A stretch of DNA of 63,290 bases, filler included, from Octopus bimaculoides (Eukaryota): the NCBI RefSeq assembly GCF_001194135.2. It is 4 parts of 4 records of this genome, joined end to end, with 100 filler letters (N's around TTAATTAATTAA, not from the genome) between each part and the next. Parts side by side here need not be neighbours in the genome. Positions count along the whole stretch, not along the records: positions 1 to 29,178 come from NC_068988.1; 3 more parts are not named here. One strand, written 5' to 3'. A program made the translations under genes and the position numbers. Below, piece by piece: positions 12,285-25,089 of the stretch (its first letter is position 1; each line of letters starts with the position of its first letter). Below the pieces are notes generated by a model. It searched no databases, was not told the origin of the DNA, and saw nothing but the letters and a program-made list of their open reading frames with translations.

Positions 12285-12490
12285 TGAACTAGTAGAATTG
12301 TTAGCATGCTGGGCAAAATGCTTAGTGGCATTTTGTCATTCCTTACATGGAGTTCTAATTCTGCTGAGGTTGACTTTGCCTTTCATCCTTTTCAGCATTG
12401 ATAAAATATGTACCGGTAGAGCACTGGAATTGATATAATTGACTTATCCCCTCCCGCAAAACTGCTGGCCTTGTGCCAAAATTTGAAACC
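12285..12490 (+). mobile_element. tRNA-derived SINE (family D: gaattgttagc...gagttcaaattccgccgaggtcgactttgcctttcatcc)
   Basis: B-box-like head. Shares its body with copies at 32925-33070, 35470-35900, 39550-40040 and 57455-57560. Confidence 0.7.
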
Positions 12491-13530
12491 AATATGTGTC
12501 ATATAATTCTTACAGAGCCATACACTATGTCAATCTATTATTTCTTTCTTTTTTAAGTTTGATAATTATTTCTTATAATGATGGTTATGTTGTAACAACT
12601 CTGTTAGGACTAATAACTTTTCTGAGGAATATCTATTCCACCATTCACTGGAAGCTGTTGCTAGTCACACACACTGATGTAAGCAGTGGCACCTACTTTA
12701 CTAGAGGGACATTACACAGTCTACTGGTTATCTACTCTTGCTTGACCATGAGGTAAGCTTTTAGCACCATTCTATACAGAGACTCTTCAAAGCAGTCATT
12801 TGATCTGTGAAAAGTAACAACCAAATTTCCTTCAAATTACATCCTACCATTTCAAAAAATATAGTCCTAGATAGACTTGACTTGAAATAAAAGATGAAAT
12901 AATCATGACTGAAATCCATATGGCTATAGGCCAGTTTGATGTAGAAGGCATGAGCAACAACAACAACAAAGCAACAATAATTTCAGATGACCAACATGCC
13001 TGTAATTGCAATATAAATATTTCAAGCCTATAATTTGTCAAAGATCATTTCAAATTAATGTCAAGTAGAAGTTAAAACCTACTATTTAAGTTCTATGCAC
13101 TGTTGTCCATTTGGGTTCCACTGGATTAATAATGGTAGACAGACAGCAAACAGTAGAGAAGAGTAAATCTTTCAGGGGGAAACATTTGACACTCTAAATG
13201 CTTGCTTCCAGAACTTTCAGGATTACTTTTGTGTCATGAAACATGGAATTAAGAAGTTTTTAGTTTTGACAATCTGAATGTTTGTGTGGATACACACACA
13301 TAACAAACAAATATACATTTACTTAAATATTTACACACACTCATTAATACACACCTGTCCATATTGATTAGAACTAAGTAAATACTGAATATTTTAAATG
13401 CAATTTTTTCAAAAGAAAATATAATAGATATATAAATTCTATTTGCCTTGCTCTTTCTCTATCTCTCCTAACCCATGCCAGCATGGAAAGTGGACATGAA
13501 AAGCTGATGACTGTGAGATGACAATGACAC

Positions 13531-13570
<40 letters not shown>

Positions 13571-13912
13571 TCAATACATGTTTAAGTTTGTATGTTCAAA
13601 TATTCTTTAAAACTCCTCACTATATTGATGTTTATTCAAATATTCAGAGTTGTCACAACTTTGAGTTACCTTTGTGAACACATATTGAAGAAAGAAAGAA
13701 AGAAAGTGAGGAGAGAAAGAGGCAAAGAAAATGAAGAAATTGGGAAGATAAGTGTTAGAAGTTAATATGTTGTAGTCATTGTTATTGTTTGGCCTGAGGT
13801 CAAGCTCAATAATGGAGCAAATCTATCATCAAAAATGTCGCAACTATAACCATCCCTGATAGTCATATTATTAATATGACTATCAAAGATGCTTTCCTAC
13901 CACCCTTTTTTC

Positions 13913-14123
13913 TTAATCTTTCAGCGTTCAGATTATTCTGTCAAATATAATGCTTTTATATTTACATTGTTTTTAATTAATCATGCATTATTTTGTAGCT
14001 TCAAAATTATGATGATGTGATTGTATATTTTATATATGGATAAGCTGGATTTGGCTGGCTAGAACATAAAATAGGTAGCATATATGGGTCAAATATGGCT
14101 GGTTTAAATGCTAAAATAGTTAA
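13913..14123 (-). mobile_element. TTAA-flanked piggyBac-like MITE, degenerate copy of the 45684-45904 family
   Basis: TTAA at 13913-13916 and 14120-14123. Reverse complement aligns with 45684-45904 (ttagcatttaaacc...ctacct.ttttatgttc). Confidence 0.7.
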
Positions 14124-14757
14124 TGCAGAAGAATTCAGTTGCTTTTACTTGCTAAAATGAGCATTTGCTCAGAGGATAGGTGAGGAAACATTCACATTGA
14201 AAAAAGAAACAAGCAAAAATACCCGCTAATGAAGTTAAGAAAAACACACATGATTGAGTTTAAGCACCAAAGCAATAATTTGATATAATTTGCATAATGA
14301 AATTGTAATGTGAACTATTCATTATTTTCCTCTTTACAGAGTTTCCTCTGAGAATGTTTAGGTACATGTAAGTCACTCCTGGAAATAACAAGACTTCTCA
14401 CCTTTCGTATAGAGCTACCTTTATCATTTGGATACTGAGGAACATGAGTTTAGAAGTAAAGATAGTGATAAGAAATTCGAAATTGACACATTTTACCAGA
14501 TAGTCAAATAGACAAGGATGGAAATGAAAGAGACCATGTGCTCAGATATTATCCAGTAAGGTGTGTGTGTATGTGTGTGTGCGCGCACACACACACATAT
14601 ATGTATATATGATAGCCGTCCACTCATGACTGAGGAAGACCATTGCTGACCTTTAGGAACATTGTGCGCTCTAGGGCTAGCTTATATTTTGCATTTACAA
14701 CTCCATTGGTGCCTAATGAGCCCCGCTCTTGACAAGCATACATAATTGCATAATGAA

Positions 14758-14810
<53 letters not shown>

Positions 14811-14821
14811 GCACATACACA

Positions 14822-14863
<42 letters not shown>

Positions 14864-14865
<2 letters not shown>

Positions 14866-16907
14866 AGTTACTTTTCACTGTGAAACGTTGACCCTGTTTC
14901 AAAAAGAATTCTGATCCCTCAATTAGGTTGACACATATACCACAGTCAGGTCTTCCACATTTTTTTTACTGACAGCTTCAGTGTTGTTGCTGAGCATGTT
15001 CGAGCTTCTGTTAGGAGACCTTTCATATATTTGGGCTGTCTTTTCCTCTTTATGATGGTGTGCATTTGGAGGATTAAATTCATTCCGTGGTCCCTTTTTA
15101 GTAGGGGAATGTTTTGGAGGATGGTGTCAAAGGCTTCATTGTTAAGAGGGTTGTTTGTGGAGATGTATGGTAGGGCTTTTGGTTGTAAATCCTTCTTTAA
15201 TTTGGGATGTCCGAGTTCGTGGATGTTGAATTGTAGGGTACGTTGAAAGTATATATCAATTAGTGATGATGGGTAGTTCCTGGTGATGAGTGTATCCTTT
15301 AGTTTGTGTAGTCATGTGTCCCTGGTGATTGTATTAGAAACTATAGTACAAATCCTTTTTGCTAGGTTGAAGGAGATATTCATTCTAGATATTCATTCTA
15401 GATATTCATTCAAGAATGGTTTTAAGAGGGTATCTAAAAAGTTACTGAGGCGGTAGATTTTAGGTTTCTCATTATTTTCTGCTGACTGTAGTGTTGAAAC
15501 TTTTTATATGTTGTGTCTTCTGATATGGATAGTACTAGAGTTATATAGTATACCATGTCCATTAAGACCACTGCTCTCCCTTTATCAGCCTCTTTGATTG
15601 TTATTGTTTTATCATCTTTTAATTTGTTTAGCTCAGTCCATTCTTTTTTGCTGAAGTTTGGTTTGCGTTTTTGTTTGTGTATATGCTGATATGGGTAATT
15701 CAAGATATATTCACTTTTGAAGGGTAGCGGTTACTTCTATTTCAGACTAACAATTCATTCTCATTGTATTTGTCATTTAGCTCCTCAGCGAGTCATAATT
15801 TTCTACAGAATTCCACAATGTCTTCTTTCATTTCATTGTATTTGGGGCATTTAGGGATGGATGTGAACTTGAGCCCTTTGGAGTGTATGTTGATTTGGTT
15901 TGCTGTTAGTTCTTTGTGAGTTAGAGTGACGATTTTTATCACTTTTAGTTCCTCCTGTCTGTCTGTCTGGTGCTATCTCGTGTCTCTGTGTTTGTGTATT
16001 GGGTCTAAAAAATGATTGAGAGGATTGGGATGGTAGCTGTTATGCAGTTGTTCCTTGTTGTTGTGGGGTGCCCTGTTGTGATTTATGGTGTGGGTTCTTG
16101 GAAGGGTATTGAAAGGTGTGTCCCTATATTCCATGTTTGGATGTGGTGTTTTAGGGAGCCATTGTTGGTAATTATTACATGTGGTATGGGTTTGTTGTGT
16201 GTGGTTGTTTAGTAGATTGTGGGAACGGAAATTTCGTTGGTAACTCCTTATGGGGGGTTGGGAGGTTGCAATGTCTATCCTGCAGGTAATGGTATTTCAT
16301 TTCTCTGTTTGAAGCTGAGGTACTCCCGATGTTGTTTCACTGGTGAGTTACAAAGTTAGGGTTAGGTCTTGTATTCTTTTTTTTGGTAGGGGTGATGGTT
16401 CCATTTTTTAGATTGGTTGAATTTGTGTTTGAGTGTTGTTTTGATTGTCTTATTTTCAGGAAAGAGTTGTTGGAAGCGAACTCTGTTTGAAAGATAGTTT
16501 CATAGTTTGAGAACCAAGTGTCGCTTTTTTCCCAGCATTGGAGGGATTTCAGTTCTTCTTTATCACAAACCTCTTTCCATAGTTTGGAGATCTTCTCTAG
16601 GTCAGGGCCTTGGGTCATTTTGCTAATTTCTAGGTTGATCTCTTCATCAATGGATTTTACTTTATCTTCATGCGTCTGAGCCCTCAATTTTAGAAGTTCT
16701 ATTTCCATTTTCATTTTTCCAGTGCCATTCTTTCCCTGAGGCGTCTTTATGCCTCAGGTTCATCTGTAATGGCTTTGATCTGATGCTTGCATGGGAGAAT
16801 TAACAGTGTCCGACTGAGCCAGTTTTCGTATATATCTGCTTTGTTGTTGTTTTGGATCATCTTCCAAAAGGCGAACTTTCTATCTCTGAGTGATTTGTTC
16901 CATTGTG

Positions 16908-16911
<4 letters not shown>
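14864..16911 (-). mobile_element. Penelope-like element remnant (N-terminal ORF, RT N-terminus, thumb and pre-GIY-YIG Cys motif); RT core deleted
   Basis: LSKGLKFTSIP; LNKLKDDKTITIKEADKGRAVVLMD (PLE RT N-terminal signature); FNLAKRICTIVS; KCGRPDCGICVNLIEGSEF. Abuts (TA)n on both sides. Confidence 0.85.
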
Positions 16912-16943
<32 letters not shown>

Positions 16944-16946
<3 letters not shown>

Positions 16947-17101
16947 TCATCATCATCATCATCATCATCATCGTTTAACGTCCGCTTTCCATGCTAGCAT
17001 GGGTTGGACGATTTGACTGAGGACTGGTGAAACCGGATGGCAACACCAGGCTCCAATCTAATTTGGCAGAGTTTCTACAGCTGGATGCCCTTCCTAACGC
17101 T
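16944..17101 (-). mobile_element. Short retroposon 3' end with (GAT)n tail (family C)
   Basis: Reverse complement of gcgttaggaagggcatccagctgtagaaactctgccaaat...gacgttaaacgatgatgat, also present at 20793, 60118 and 61200. Confidence 0.85.
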
Positions 17102-17262
17102 AGCATATGTGTATATATATATATATATACACACATCCATACATGCATAAAACACACATACATGTACATACAAACATATATATATATACACATATATATA
17201 CATATACGTATACATACATATATATATATATATATATTATTATTATTATTATCATTATTATT

Positions 17263-18846
17263 CAGTAGACTTATTTTTATCAGGTGCTTTCACTGTGCAA
17301 CCGAGTATATCTCTGTGTGCCATAGGTATGTGCAGTGGTTTGTTGTAGTGCTCTTATTTTCGCTGTATTGAAAGTGTTTTACGTAGGATGTGTGTGGTGC
17401 CTAGTAGTTCTATTTTTTTGTATGTTATATATACTTGTATGTCCTGGTGGTTTTGTTATGTATTTGTCTGAATGTTTTTTTACCATACCTAATATGCCTA
17501 CTATAATAGAAATTGTTTGTTTTTAGGCTCCACATTCGAGTTACCTCTATTTCCAGATCTTTGTATTTTGAAAGTTTCTCCATTTCTTTTAGAGAAATGT
17601 CATCTGTTGGTATTGATACATCGATTAGAAAGCATTTTTTTTTCTTGGTGATCTCTGACAACTATATCTGGCCTATTGGCCTTAATTTCTCTATCTGTGT
17701 TTATTGGCATATTCCAGAGTATGCTTTCTCATTTTCTGGCATGTGCCTATACCATCTTTTTTGTTGTTGTTATTCAATAGTGTTGGCATAGCTTCCAGTG
17801 TGTGTAGGTCCCAACTCTGTCATGTATGTGAATATATTCCTTCTTAGCCAGGACTGGCAGCCAGGAATAATATGATTTATTGTTACTTCCCCATCACCAC
17901 ATATTCTGTCGTTACTTGTATTTCTTTTTGTTATGTGTTTTTGGTGATTTCTGTTAGGAAGGCTTTGATCTTGTGCTGCAATTAAAAATCCTTCAGTCTC
18001 TGCTTTGAGTCCTGAGCTTCTCAGCCATTGTTGAGATTTTGCTTGTCTATTTCTTTTCTGTTTAGCTTAACCCAATATTTGCCATGTAGGGGCTTTTCTT
18101 GCCATTGTTTTATCATGATACATTGCTGTTCCAGTTTTAGTTTGGATTTCAGTTGCTTCTTCTTTTTCTTCATAGTTGCTAGTTACTATAACTTCTGTTT
18201 TCTGTTTGTCAGCTTCCTTAAAGACAGAAGACAGTTTTTTTGTTTTGTTTGTGTTTGTAGTTATTTGTATTAGTTTTCCTTGCTTTTGTACTTCAGTATT
18301 CCTATAGTCCTATGGAGGTTATTTTGTAATAGTTTTCTAGCTGTATAAGGTCTCTACCACCTTCAAAATCCTAAATCCTGTCATTATTTTTCTTGTTTTG
18401 CTGTATATTTTGATTACTTCATTTAGAGTCCAGTTAAGAATACTGTAGCTGTAACTTATAACTGGGAAGGCTAGAGTGTTGAAACCTATTATCTTGTTTT
18501 TCAGATTGAACTCAGTTTTCAGTATTAATCTAATTCATCCATAGTATTTCTTTCTTATCTTCTCTTTCATTTGTGCATGTTGTATCGTATCTAGTTCAGT
18601 GATTCCTAAGTATTTGTATGTTTGGCTTTGGTTTAATTCTCTTATTTCATTTGCTTTATTTAGTGTCATGTTGTTACTCGTAACTAGTTTTCCTCTTTTC
18701 ACAGTTGCTTTGGCATATTTTTCTAAGCCAAATTTCATGTTAATTTCATTCCTAAATCCATGTAGTGTCTGTAGTAATATTTCCAGATGTTTATCATTTG
18801 TAGCGTACAGTTTTAGATCATCCATATACAAGAGATGGTTGATTGT
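17263..18846 (-). mobile_element. R4/Dong-like RLE non-LTR retrotransposon, 5'-truncated copy a
   Basis: NHLLYMDDLKLYA, YKYLGI, EGGRDL, WQEKPLHGKY, AAQDQSL, CFLIDVSIPTD and KYKDLEIEVTRMW (PD-(D/E)xK RLE region). (TTA)n at both ends. Confidence 0.88.
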
Positions 18847-18865
18847 TATTATTATCATTATAATG

Positions 18866-18906
<41 letters not shown>

Positions 18907-18907
<1 letters not shown>

Positions 18908-20437
18908 TCTTTTTATCTCAGGTTTTGTTGGAACTCCTAGAGTCTTTCATGTATAGTAGGCTTGCTGCCTGTAGCCTACAATATCCTGCTATCCATTCTT
19001 TTCAGTTATCTAATACTTTCCTGATCATTCTGGTTGTACCAAGGGGGCAAAACCTTTTGTAACAGTTCTTCTACTGGGCACTCTATTCCAATTTCCTTTA
19101 TATCCCTCTTGATGCCTTCTGATACTGTCCCCAAAGACTCAACAATAATTGACACTTTCTTCACCTTCTTCATTTCCATAGCCAAGATATATTGTACTTA
19201 AGAGGGTTGTATTTATCTGTTTTTTTTTCATTCCTTCTTGGCTATTCTTGGGTCAAAGGGCATGCAACATCAACTATTTAGCACATGTAGTGCATCTTGT
19301 AAACCACTACAACGTCCAGTCTGTTATGCTCTAGCTCCTGATCTTTTTGGAATGGGAAATCCCGGAGGATTTTGCTTGTCTCTGACTGTGCCACTTTCTG
19401 CAGTTTGAACTCATACCACACCTTGCTCCTCTCTAGCCCTCACTTTTCAGTTTCCATCGTAGCACTTTCACTACCTGATCACGTCACTACAAGTTGTAAT
19501 GGTTTGGGGCAAGTCTAGGGAATTTGTTTGTGATATGGGCTATGGTTCTATTCACTCTATTTGAGATGCAGCACAGCAGAGACACTTGCTTATTCCTAAG
19601 GTTGACTCTCCAATTTGTCGTCAAAGCTTGGTTTTGCACTGCAAGTATAGTTCTCTCAGTTTCTTTTTTTAGTGTTCCTTTCTTCAGCCAATCCCACCTA
19701 TTTTTTCCAGCAACTTCTGTTGTGGCTACATGAAATTGATTGTGTAGTTACTTGCTGCATAGTTCTTCTTCATGTCCTTTTCATACTTCTTCCTTTGTTT
19801 TCCTTTTTCCTCTGCTTTCAATACTCCTTCATTCCTAACAGGCACTAGCAAGGTTTCCTTACTTTAGGTTAGGTTCCTCATTAAGCTCTCAAGTTCAATA
19901 CACATGCTGTCTTCTACTCTTATCAGTTCCCTTCCTCCAGTTGCTCTCTTCATGTATAAGTAATCAGTGTCTGCATGCGGATGATGGACTCCATGCATCG
20001 TTAGGAACATTTTTAACTTCCTGTCCATCTCCTTCAGCTCCTCCTGTGTCTACTTTAAGATTCCAGTGCCATACCAAATGTGAGTTTATTGCCGAAATTA
20101 TGTTTCTGGCATTCAGCTTTGAAGCCAGTATTTTTCTCTCACCACAGGCACTCTCTTTTTGTCTTTTCCTTCATGTTGTTGTGTTTAATTCCATTTGTCT
20201 CAATATTCCCAGGTATTTATAGCTGGATTGAGGTTGAATTGCCTTCATCATCTCACCACTTGACAAATCTATGCCTTCTGTCCTGACAAGCTTTCCTCGT
20301 CTCATCACCATCATAGCACATTTTGAGAACTCAAACACCATCTTAATATCTTTGGAGAAAATCAGCACAGACTGGACTAGGCTGTCCAGTTCTGCCTCAC
20401 TTTTTGTGAATATTTTAATGTTGTCCATGGATAGCAA
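18907..20437 (-). mobile_element. R4/Dong-like RLE retrotransposon, 5'-truncated copy b (different subfamily, more degenerate)
   Basis: LLSMDNIKIF...FEFSKCAMMVMRRGKLV...YKYLGIL at the 5' end. LLQK...GTTRMIRKVLD C-terminus near 19000-19070. (TTA)n at both ends. Confidence 0.8.
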
Positions 20438-20792
20438 TATTATTATTATTATTATTATAATTATTATCATCATCAGTTTAGGAGACTTCATCAATTATCA
20501 GCAAGCAAATTTCTGAGTTCTATAGACTAGACCCAGTACACTTATTAGGTTTGACTGAAGTGACACACAATAAGGTAAAAATACTGCAGTGTCTCAATGT
20601 ACTGTTCTGTCAATAAATAGCATGCATTATGAACATATATAATTTGAAGAGAGATGCTGTCCTATGATGAAATACAACAGTGATCAGTATATTCAGGTTT
20701 AAATCTGCCAGAAAATATTAAGAACGAATAGTTATGTTATTGTTTGGATTTTTGCTATTCTGTCTGCTCCTTATTATATATATATATATATA

Positions 20793-20952
20793 CACTCTCA
20801 GAGTGGTTGGCGTTAGAAAGGCCATCCAGCTATAGAAACTATGCCAGATCAGATTGGAGCCATCTGGTGCAGCCATTTGGTTCGCCAGTCCTCAGTCAAT
20901 CGTCCAACCCATGCTAGCATGGAAAGCAGACGTTAAATGATGATGATGATGA
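20793..20952 (+). mobile_element. Family C short retroposon, plus copy
   Basis: cactctcagagtggttggcgttag...gacgttaaatgatgatgat. Confidence 0.85.
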
Positions 20953-20968
20953 TATATATATATATATA

Positions 20969-21170
20969 TCATCACCATCATCATTTAACGTCTGCCTTCC
21001 ATACTGGCATGGGTGGGATAGTTTGACAGAAGCCAGCCAGGCAGAATCCTGCACCCAGGATCTGTGACTGTTTTGACAGGATTTTTACAGCTGGATGCCC
21101 TTCCTAACACCAATCACTCAGCAGAGTGGAAGTAGTGCTTTTTATATGGCACAAGCACAGGTGAGGTCTT
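20969..21170 (-). mobile_element. Family C-related retroposon, diverged minus copy (tail-to-tail with the previous copy)
   Basis: catcatttaacgtctgccttccatactggcatggg...acagctggatgcccttcctaacacc. Confidence 0.7.
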
Positions 21171-21535
21171 TTGAGAGGAGAGGGGGAAATGGAGGAGGTG
21201 ATTTTGTGTCAGATTATGATAGGTTATAGTGAGACAGAGACAGAAACAGGAGTCTTGCTGTAGAGAAGGTACATGGTTACACATCCGGAGAGAGAGGGAG
21301 AGAGAGGTGCTGCTACAAAGGAGATATATGGTTACCCAACCTGAGGGAAGAGCAGGAGGAGAGAGAGTGTGGGAAACAGCAGGATAGAGATGGTGGCAAA
21401 GTGCCAGGCATACTCACAAGGGATAGGAATCAGAATATAAATGGGATACTTGAGTAAAGGAAGAGAGAGATATAGATGGTGGCACATGCCAGGGCATACC
21501 CTTATGCAAATTCATTTCTGCTCTATGCTTTAGAA

Positions 21536-22935
21536 CAAGGGTCTGCAACTTCTTTGCTTTCACAGGTCAGATCAAGTATTGATGACAGATAGTGGACTGA
21601 AATGAATTCCATAAAAGAATAATTATGGAAAATTACACAAGCTAAAATTTAACCACAAGTGTTGACTATTCTTAAAAATAATTTGTATTAACCACAGAGA
21701 AATGTGGTTAAGAAATCGTTGGAATCATATGTTTAAAAAAATCTTAAAAATACATAGCAGCCAAAATATTAATGAGAAACTTGATATTTTTTGTTCCTTG
21801 AAAGCTTCTCAATATTAGGCTTCAAACTTGTTGATGCCAAGAGCAAAATATTATCAAGATGATTATCAGTTAATTTTGTGCTCCAATTGTTCTTAGTTTA
21901 CTTCAGTTTGGAAACTGATTGCTCACACTGGTAAGTACTTCCTAACAAAGATGCCATCTTTTTTACAGGATTCACTAACTTGGTATACTTCCCAGTTGGA
22001 AAAATATATTCTGCATAGAAGTCAATCAATGAAACATCTTTAGAATTACATTTAGATCTCAATAAGCCGCCACACTGCATATCAATCAATTCCATTTGAA
22101 AACATTCTGATACTGTCTCCACCTCCACATCAAATGGTGTAGCAAACAATTTAAACTGATTTGCATGCAGATGAAAGTCAGCAAAGTGTGATGCAAATTC
22201 ATTTCTCAAATCCTGGATTATATTCACAAATACCTCTGAACTCTGTGGTTTCCTTCCTTGAAATGATGGAAATTGCATATAATTTTTATTTCAAAGTTGA
22301 TGTTCCCACAACTGTAGCTTTTTTTCAAAGGCAACAATACGGTTATACATTTCATTTACAAGCTGAGTTTTATCTTGAAGTTGTAAATTTAAGTTATTTA
22401 AATGAGTCACAATATCCACAATAAATGCCAAAGTTGCAAGCCAATCAGGATCTCGAAAATGTGAACTGTCTACATGTTTGCTTTCGAGAAATATTGCCAC
22501 CTCTTTGTGTAAGGCAAGTACTCTTTTTAGTATTGATCCTCAGTTAAACCAGTGTATATTGCAGAAATAAGCAAGGTTACCTCAGTATCTAGCAAAAACT
22601 GTTTAAATTGACAATGCTTTAATCCACGAGATAGGATCAGATTCCCAACCTTCACAACAATATCCATGGCATTCTGAAATTTCAAAGACTTGGTACACAA
22701 TGTCTCTTGATGGGTAACGCAATGAATTTTAACAAGTTTATGTGTGATTCCAAGGCTTTCTATATGTTCTTGCAGTAGTGCAAACTAAGCTTTTTGTCCT
22801 ACCATTGCTGGGGCACCATCAGTCGTGATATCAATTAGCTTCAAAAAATCAAACTTCATTTCTGATATAATTTTCAACAAAGCTTCAAAGATGTCTGCTC
22901 CAGTTAGTTTCCTTCTTGTATCAATACTGCAGCAA
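21536..22935 (-). mobile_element. hAT (Charlie/SPIN, GTF2IRD2-like) DNA transposon remnant: transposase C-terminal half and one terminus
   Basis: ITTDGAPAMVG, HLNNLNLQLQ, AFEKKLQLW, QMELIDMQC, LLGSTYQCEQ. Terminal caagggtctgcaac at 21536 is preceded by ctttagaa, resembling the Charlie NTCTAGAN target. Confidence 0.88.
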
Positions 22936-25089
22936 CTCCTCTCATAGAAGCATGAAGGCTCGATGTAGTGGATGAGTCCCAGGAAGCTTCTGAGTTCTTT
23001 CTTATCTTTGTGTTCTTTGATGTGACTGATGGCTTCCACTTTTGTGGGGTCTGGTTGCACTATCTCTGCAGAGTATATCATTCCAAAGAATTTGCATTCT
23101 TTTGTTTTGATCGCACATTTGTCTGCATTGGCTTTGATACCTGTTTGTAGGGTTTTCTTCATAGCTTCATGTAGATTGTAGTTATGTGGGGTCTCATCTA
23201 CTTGGCGCTGGAAGATAACTTGGTTCACATTCAACCTAAATGGGAATCGGTTGAATCTATATCTGTCAAATGGTGTGTTGAATGTAGTGAGCATGGATGA
23301 TTCTGGCATCCAGTTTGCTGAATATCTTAGATCCAGCTAATGATGGTATGATTTCTTCAAGGGTTGGAATTGGATAATAATCTCATTTTAATGCCTTGTT
23401 CAGATTCCTGGAGTCAAGGCATATTCTTAGGGTACCATTGGGTTTTTCTTTAATTACAATTGAATTCACCCAATCGGTTGCTTGCGTCATTTTTCCATTC
23501 TGTCCAACTCTGCCTTTAGCTTCTCTCTTAATTCTAGTGGAACACAGCAAGGTGGGTGGACAACCGGCTTGACATAGGGATCGACTGTTATATGGTACCA
23601 ATACTTCTCAAAACACCCAACTGTATCATCAAAACATTCTGGGTACATGCTCATCAGTTCATCTGTATTTCTTATTGGTGGTCGGTCTTTGATAAGCAAT
23701 CCTGCCCAGAACTACCTTCACTTCACTGTTGTTTGACACAATGTTGAGCTTTTGACAGGTATTAAGTCCAAGAATTGCGGGTCCTTCTGTTCTTATGACA
23801 TAAGAACACTTGATTTTTCTTCCTTTGTGTGTCCCTATAATGGTTGTTTTGCCCAGTTGTGAAATCCTGGTACTTCTATATGCAATCAAGATTGCATCAC
23901 TCGGTGTGAGGATTCCTTCTTTGACCTTAACCTCTTGTGTTATGTGTTCTGGAAACATCTTTTTGTAGAGATTGACAGGCAAGATATTGCTCTGGGCTCC
24001 AGTGTCAATCTTTAGCTTAAGTCAATGTTTATTCATTTCTTGCCTGACTGCTTTTGGATTTGTATTGTTGTGTATGCCTCATTTTTTTTTCCGGTTGCCG
24101 TTTCCCATTTCATATACATTTATTGTGCCGGCTGCTAAGAATTCCTCCTCTGAGGTGTTTTCTTCCTGTTGTTGGGCATGTACACTTCTTTGTACTTTTC
24201 TTTCCACTCCTCTTTGAAAGCTGGAGCTTGTATTTGTGAGATTTTGTTAATCTACACATTTTTCCCAGTAGTTGGGCTTTCCACATACTTTGCAGTGTGT
24301 ACCAAATGTAGGAATATCCTCCAGTCATTGAACTCATGCTCTGTACCACAGTATTGGCATGTTCTCTGCTTGTGGATACATTTCATCCCATGTCTAGAGA
24401 TAATATCTACACTATTGCCCATTGTATTTGTTTGAAAGCTAAGTGAAGCTATTTGTTTTGTAGTAGCTTCAGATGCTCTTGCAGTGTCTACTGCTCTATC
24501 AACTGGAGAGCGTCCTTACCGATGAGGAATTTTTGGATTTCTTGGTGAGCACACCTCCATATAAATTGATCAACAATCCTTTCGTCCTTGTCTTTGGATC
24601 TGCTTTTCTCAGCAACATTTTTTGGTCTGGACAGGAAGTTGTCAATTGTTTCTTGGGGGTCTTGTTTCAGACCCTGGAATTCGTACCTATGAATTCTATG
24701 GTTTGATCTGGGCTCTAGGTGTCTTTCAAATTTCTCTAAAAGTTCTCTGGATTATTGTAATCCGATTCTGACATATCTCAACTACTGAATAAGTCTAAAC
24801 CCTTCTCTCTCATCCATAGAAGCATGTAGCTTACCTTTTCGTCGGCAGTTGTACCTTTCAGGAAGCTTTTGGAAGCCAACTGACTTTTCTGTTTGAATTT
24901 CTTGAACGCCTCCACGACATCATTGGCGTCCCAGTTCATGGTCGGATGTAGATTCATCTGCACGTCGACGGTGGTCACCATTTCGGATTCTCGTATGTGT
25001 CCGAAGACTAAGCGATATTCAGTTTGTTAAATTCAAACTTGCTGTCTTCCTGTTTTGTTGTATTGGCACGGTTTTCGATTAAGTATTTA

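Noticed and set aside
14340-14560. Possible plus-strand exons (SYLYHLDTEEHEF...DKDGNERDHVLRYYP) with AG/GT signals
   Set aside because: Needs a frameshift around an in-frame TAG, and no family is recognised.
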